This document shows, piece by piece, positions 59,045-64,000 of a stretch of 64,000 bases of DNA. The stretch is from Macrostomum hystrix (taxonomy: Eukaryota > Animalia > Platyhelminthes): assembly GCA_950097015.1 (NCBI GenBank), contig CATNEN010000015.1, positions 620,001 to 684,000 of the forward strand, in the 5' to 3' direction. Position 1 is the first letter of the stretch; each line of letters begins with the position of its first letter. The notes under the pieces are model-generated. The model had not been told where the DNA came from. It saw only the letters and a list, made by a program, of their open reading frames with translations, and made no database searches. The position numbers and the translations under genes were made by a program.

Positions 59045-61693
59045 CTACTCCTTGCGGCACGAGTTTCCCACTGGGACTAGCAGGCGAATGACTACCAGGC
59101 CCTGCGCGCCCGCGTTGCCGCCGATGCTGCCGCTGCAGGCGCTGCCTGAGCAGAAGGAGCCACCACCGCCACCCGGCGGACCAGTTGAGTAGCCGGTGCC
59201 GCCTCCGCTGTAGCCCCCACCGGCTCCGGCAGCTCCCCACACATGATAAAAAACTCCTCCACCGCCGCCTCCACCGAATCCGCCTGCGCCAGTGTTCATG
59301 CCACCGGCGACGCCGCCGACCCAGCCCTCGGTCCGACTTCCGCCTCCCTCGCCATCGTCCGGACCCCGCCTCGGGTTGACGGGCTTGCCCAGCCAGCCAG
59401 CGCCACAGCCGCCGTGGTTGTGAGTGGTGGGCATTGCACTGGGGTTGTTGAAACCTGGTTGTCCATCGATACCTCCGTAGCTTATTGCGTCTCCGTACGG
59501 GCGTGTGTCCGTGCCATTCGTTCCAGCTTCGCCCGGGAGCCCTGAAATTTGCGATTCGATTTATATTCTCAATCGGAAGAAACAGTTTCTAAACTAGAAA
59601 TCATCCACGCGGTCATTGGCAGAGAGGTTAACGCGTTTCCCTCTCGCACCAAGGCCCCTGAGCTCGATTCCGCGGCGAGGCCGCATTAAATATGGAGGCA
59701 ACCGTGGAGATAAAGCTTGGGGGCTTGTCGCCCTTGAGGGCCTACCTCGAAGGCACAGTGAAGTGTACGCTTCCTGACGGTATGCCTGCGTACAGTATCG
59801 GTGTACATGTGTGCTCAGGAGTCAGCGAAATGGGGAGAATTGCCTCCTCGCTGGCTGCGGGTCTATAGTGTCACCAAATAATGTACCATTGCCCTCAGCC
59901 CTCCTACAAACATTTTATTGATATTATTATTAGCAACCATCCCGCCTTCGCACCAGTTTCTGAGTATGTTCCAGCACCTCCTCCCCCAGCTACAATCAGG
60001 AGCCGATTGTTGGTATTGAGGTACACGAAGCTGCCCCCGCCGCCACCTCCTCCAGAATGTTGCAAGTTTGGCGGGCCGCCTGCCTGACCAACTACGACAG
60101 TCAGTTGGGTGCCGGCCGTCAGGTTGAAGGCCCCGGACATGTACGCGCCGTTTCCACCGGACATGCCTGAGAAGGCGTTGCTGCCACCCCTGGCGCCTGC
60201 GACTTCGATCCGATAGCAGCCGGTCGAGGGAATCGTCACCGACTGGATTGAACCATTTCTGCCCGTGCTGCTGTCTGAGGGGTAAGAAATTTAATTCGTG
60301 TCTCGGTACGCCCTTGAAACTTGTACATCTGGGGCCGGCAACCTTGTGCTGCGGGCCAGTTTCGGCCCTTACAAAGCTCCTATCCGGCCCAGGACCCATT
60401 TAAACAGATACTCTACTCTGTCTGATCTCACCCCTGTCTCACTTCACTCGAGTCTCATCTCTCTCTGTCTCACCTCACTCCTGTCTCATCTCCTCTGTTT
60501 GACGCCCCTTTCTCAGCTCATCTTTCTCTGTCTCACCTCACTTTTTTCGCTTCTCCCCTTGTGTCACCTCACTCCTGTCTCATCTTCCTCTGTCTCACCT
60601 CACTCCTGTCTCATCTCCCTCTGTCTCACCTCACTCCTGTCTCATCTCCCTCTGTCTCACCTCACTCCAGTCTCACCTCACTCCAGTCTCATCTCCCTCT
60701 GTCTCACCTCACTCCAGTCTCATCTCCCTCTGTCTCACCTCCCTCTGTCTCACCTCACTCCAGTCTCATCTCCCTGTCTCACCTCATGATCCAGTCTCAT
60801 CTCCCTGTCTCACCTCACTCCAGTCTCATCTCCCTCTGTCTCACCTCACTCCAGTCTCATCTCCCTCTGTCTCACCTCACTCCTGTCTCATCTCCCTCTG
60901 TCTCACCTCACTCCTGTCTCATCTCCCTCTGTCTCACCTCACTCCTGTCTCATCTCCCTGTCTCACGTCACTCCTGTCTCATCTTCCTCTGTCTCACCTC
61001 ACTCCTGTCTTATCTCCCCTGTTTCTTATTCCACAGCCAATGCGGCCCGCTTTAGTCCTCGAAATTCGCTTTTTGACCCGCGTGGTAAGAGCGTATATAG
61101 GTTGCCGACCTGAGATGCAATAATAGTTGATGTTATCATAATAGCTCACTTCTTATCTCAATAGTTATATTAAGCATTCTCATCACGAGCAGCTCCGTAA
61201 AGTTCTCAGCCGCCCACAGTCTGGCGTCTGGCTCTGAGCCCAGCAGTCTCTGCACGTGCGTCCCGGCGGGCCCAGGCCCTCTGGATGCGTCGTTAACCAT
61301 CAGCATCTGACATTGTTGCGAGCTTGGAATGAGCGAGACCAGCAGGCAGCCCCTACTCAGGCACTCTGTCTGGCACGTCTGTCCGGCTGTCACGCCCATC
61401 ACGTTGACGATTTCGCTACTCGAGGCATTACTCAGTAGAAAAGGCCCGGAGATTGTGTAGAAACGGCCAACAGATATTGTCTGCGAGACAGCCCCTGAAA
61501 TAAAATCATAGCTCGTAAAAAATAAATCATCATCATTGCAGACAATATAAGCATTCTTTTAACATCGAAACATAAAGAAACGAAAATGAAGTGCGAAGGA
61601 TGTGACTAAAAGGCGCATTCAGCTTGTTTTCTTACCTTGAGCAGTCTCTACGAAAAGAACAAGAAACGCGATGCTATTAAGCCAGTAAAGCAT
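59045..61693 (-). CDS. Secreted PAN/apple + ALK/LTK-type glycine-rich domain protein; clear coding blocks 61636..61693, ~61187..61494, 59954..60274 (possibly extending to ~60410), 59045..59541; middle exons uncertain or frameshifted
   Basis: Signal peptide MLYWLNSIAFLVLFVETAQG with a GTAAGA donor. PAN CQTECLSRGCLLVSLIPSSQQCQML. GRD TIPSTGCYRIEVAGARGG, NLTAGTQLTVVVGQAG, GGGGGGSFV, LLIVAGGGG, GGFGGGGG, GAGGGYSGG, GGGGSF, GLVVIRLL. No TM helix or kinase. Confidence 0.78.
59611..59931 (+). mobile_element. SINE family A, full-length copy in the last intron of the GRD gene
   Basis: A box TGGCAGAGAGG (59617), GAGCTCGATTCC (59660), (TAT)n tail. Confidence 0.85.
60420..61020. repeat. ~31-bp minisatellite CTCACCTCACTCCTGTCTCATCTCCCTCTGT in a GRD-gene intron
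   Basis: Direct tandem copies. Confidence 0.93.
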
Positions 61694-64000
61694 TTGAATT
61701 GCATCAGTAGCACAAGAGAAGTCAAGGAGAGTGATAAGCTCATCCGCATGTTTATGTAGCTTTCCACAGCGCCCGTTTACAAACCAATAGAAATGAAATG
61801 TCTCTGCTGGTTGCCTTAGAAACGATTCTAGACCTGCATCTGCACCCTTCTTCTCCTCAGACCTATTAGAAGTGTTTTGCAGCGAGAATCGCGAGCAGCT
61901 GTCTCGCTATGTAAAAGATGCCGACTGCAGGCAGGTGAAAAAGCATATACGAGTTAAGTGATGTATTTACGAAGTAAAGTAAAGTAAGTGTACAGTATTG
62001 TGTTTCTTCAGCTCCAGTTTTAGCTTGTTCAGCCTGAATACATAAAAAAAACAATATACGTTTTTTAGCCAACGCACATGCTGCAGATGAGTCTGCAGAT
62101 GAGTCAATTTAAACATTGTACAAATATTAGCGAAATATGCACATATATTATAAGAATTAATTTACTGAACTACTTTCGTAGAACAATTAATTGTTTATAG
62201 CGATAATTTAAACGTGAGAAAAAGTACAACTTTCAACTGTGCTCAGCTGTAGAGAGCAATCCCCGGCACGTCCTTAATAAATTATAATCACTGTCATTCA
62301 AATAAAATATTATATCTATAAAGTGTATCCATAGTTTAGTTTTAAATTTTGCAGCAATGTTAATACCTATCTGTTCCTCTTTGCTTACAGTTTGAACTTT
62401 GTAATCAGGAGTGGAGTGTTACAAAAAGAAGCACATGAATATAGATTTTTTATAGTTTTGTATGGTTTCCCATCTCCTATGTGTTGTAGGCCTAACTTCT
62501 TAATAAATTCTTAAACCTAATAATGCAACCAAATTTGTTGTAGGGTAATGTATCATCAACCAAACAAGAATGTGTATTTTTTTAACTTCAAACCTAAGCT
62601 AGGCCTACAGATATTCTATTTAAGATATGGTGATAAATCAAAAGCCAAGTTAAAGAAAACAGTTACATCTTTCTAAAAGGTATCAGCTTTTGCTATTTTA
62701 TCAAATAGAAAAAAGTTATTCCTGCTTTTTATCTAAAACTGAACAATAATTTTCATGTATCTTCAAACCAAACAGAGAATTTGATGTTTGGTTTTAAAAT
62801 TTGAGTGAGTGGTTTAATCTTATTTTAAGGAGTGAACTATCATGAATTATGTAATTTGAAAGCATTTTTAATGCTCTATAAATAGGCCTAACTACATTTA
62901 TGGTCATTTAATTGGCAAGCAACCACATACAATCTTCGTCTAAAGTACATACTAAAAAAATTTTGTTAAAAAGTATGCTTTTGCAATAAAAATTTCTATT
63001 GAAACATCAATATCTTTCTTTCCTCTTAATGCTTCATTGCACATCATGCCTCAGCTTGTAGATAATTTCTTCAACTTTCAAATTAGTTGTTCTGTGAAAC
63101 ACAATAGCTTGTTTTTGTCTTGCACAAGACCAAGGAAGAAGTCAAAGTTCTTGTTTGGTTTTGAAGATACACTGATCGGTTGATGATACATTACCCTAGG
63201 GCTATTTTCTAATATTTAAAATACCACTGCTGTTAGGCCTACCAAAGTTGTTACAGGGCTGTTCTAAATAATTCAAACATTGTCTTATAGCAAACTTATA
63301 AATGTCATTAGGCCTAATTATTCACATAATGTACTTTTTATTTCAAATTACAATTGGTAGGCCTAGCATTATGTATTTAATCTGATGGCATTTGTTATTT
63401 TTCCAGTTAACAGGACAAATAGCTGTACTTGATTATTCATCCAGTTGATTATTTTATCTTGCAAATGATAGAGGTTCTCGTGGTAGCATTACAACCCCTT
63501 CTAACTTAGGTAATCACTAAAGAGGAAAGCCTATTGAGGAGTTGAAATTGTGGTCCTTGCTGTTGATCTGGGTATCGTCCTTCGCTGGTGACCCAGTTGA
63601 CTTTGTAGAAGTATTTGAATGAGTCGCTACAACTTCACTCTTCAAAGGAACTTAGGTTACTCTTTAGTTGGATAAAAATACAAATCAAACAGACATTAGT
63701 TAGATATAAACAATTTGGCTTAAAGGGAAGATCTCTTCCGACATGCATAGTTTTGTGCCTTCCTTCTAATGTAGACATTTGGTATGAAATCTAAAATTAG
63801 GCCTAACAATAAAATCACTAACCGGACGAATAACAACTGCCTAATATGATAGCCTTATATTTTCAAAATGGCTGATGTTTATCCTTTCTATAACTTTACT
63901 GTATTCATACATGCGCAACACCCAGCTGAACCGGCCAGGTGAAACGAGGGCCAAGCAAGGTAAGTCGCAAAAACCAATCAACCAAGCACAAAAAAATCAA

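Noticed and set aside
63500-63960. Possible exon pieces near the window end (minus-strand frame KSEVVATHS...; plus-strand donor at 63960)
   Set aside because: Too short and lacking homology; not supportable without flanking sequence.

Overview
Eukaryotic (metazoan invertebrate) genomic DNA with spliceosomal introns, GC-rich polyQ-containing exons and AT-rich spacers. Roughly 38% of the window (about 24-25 kb by my tally) is tandem mini/microsatellite. The overall style resembles a free-living flatworm such as Macrostomum; that is an inference, not proven. Genes reconstructed by hand from GT-AG boundaries and reading phase: a 575-aa orphan (minus), EMC10 (6 exons, minus), a FAM193 homologue (5 exons, plus), an intronless rhodopsin-family GPCR, a frameshifted secreted WSC-domain gene, a PAN/apple fragment, a ~1,230-aa stonustoxin-type MACPF/CDC + FN3 + AIG1/septin-like GTPase fusion, and a secreted PAN + ALK/LTK-type glycine-rich-domain gene. 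Mobile DNA: two tRNA-derived SINE families (one CORE/MIR-like), a Mutator element with a perfect 9-bp TSD and a nested TIR element carrying transposase sequence, a TTAA-flanked MITE, and a LINE 3' fragment. The most notable observations are the pore-forming-toxin/GTPase fusion and several sense-strand satellites whose units carry splice-site motifs (CAG|GT, CTAACAG). No CRISPR, rRNA or intact tRNA was found.
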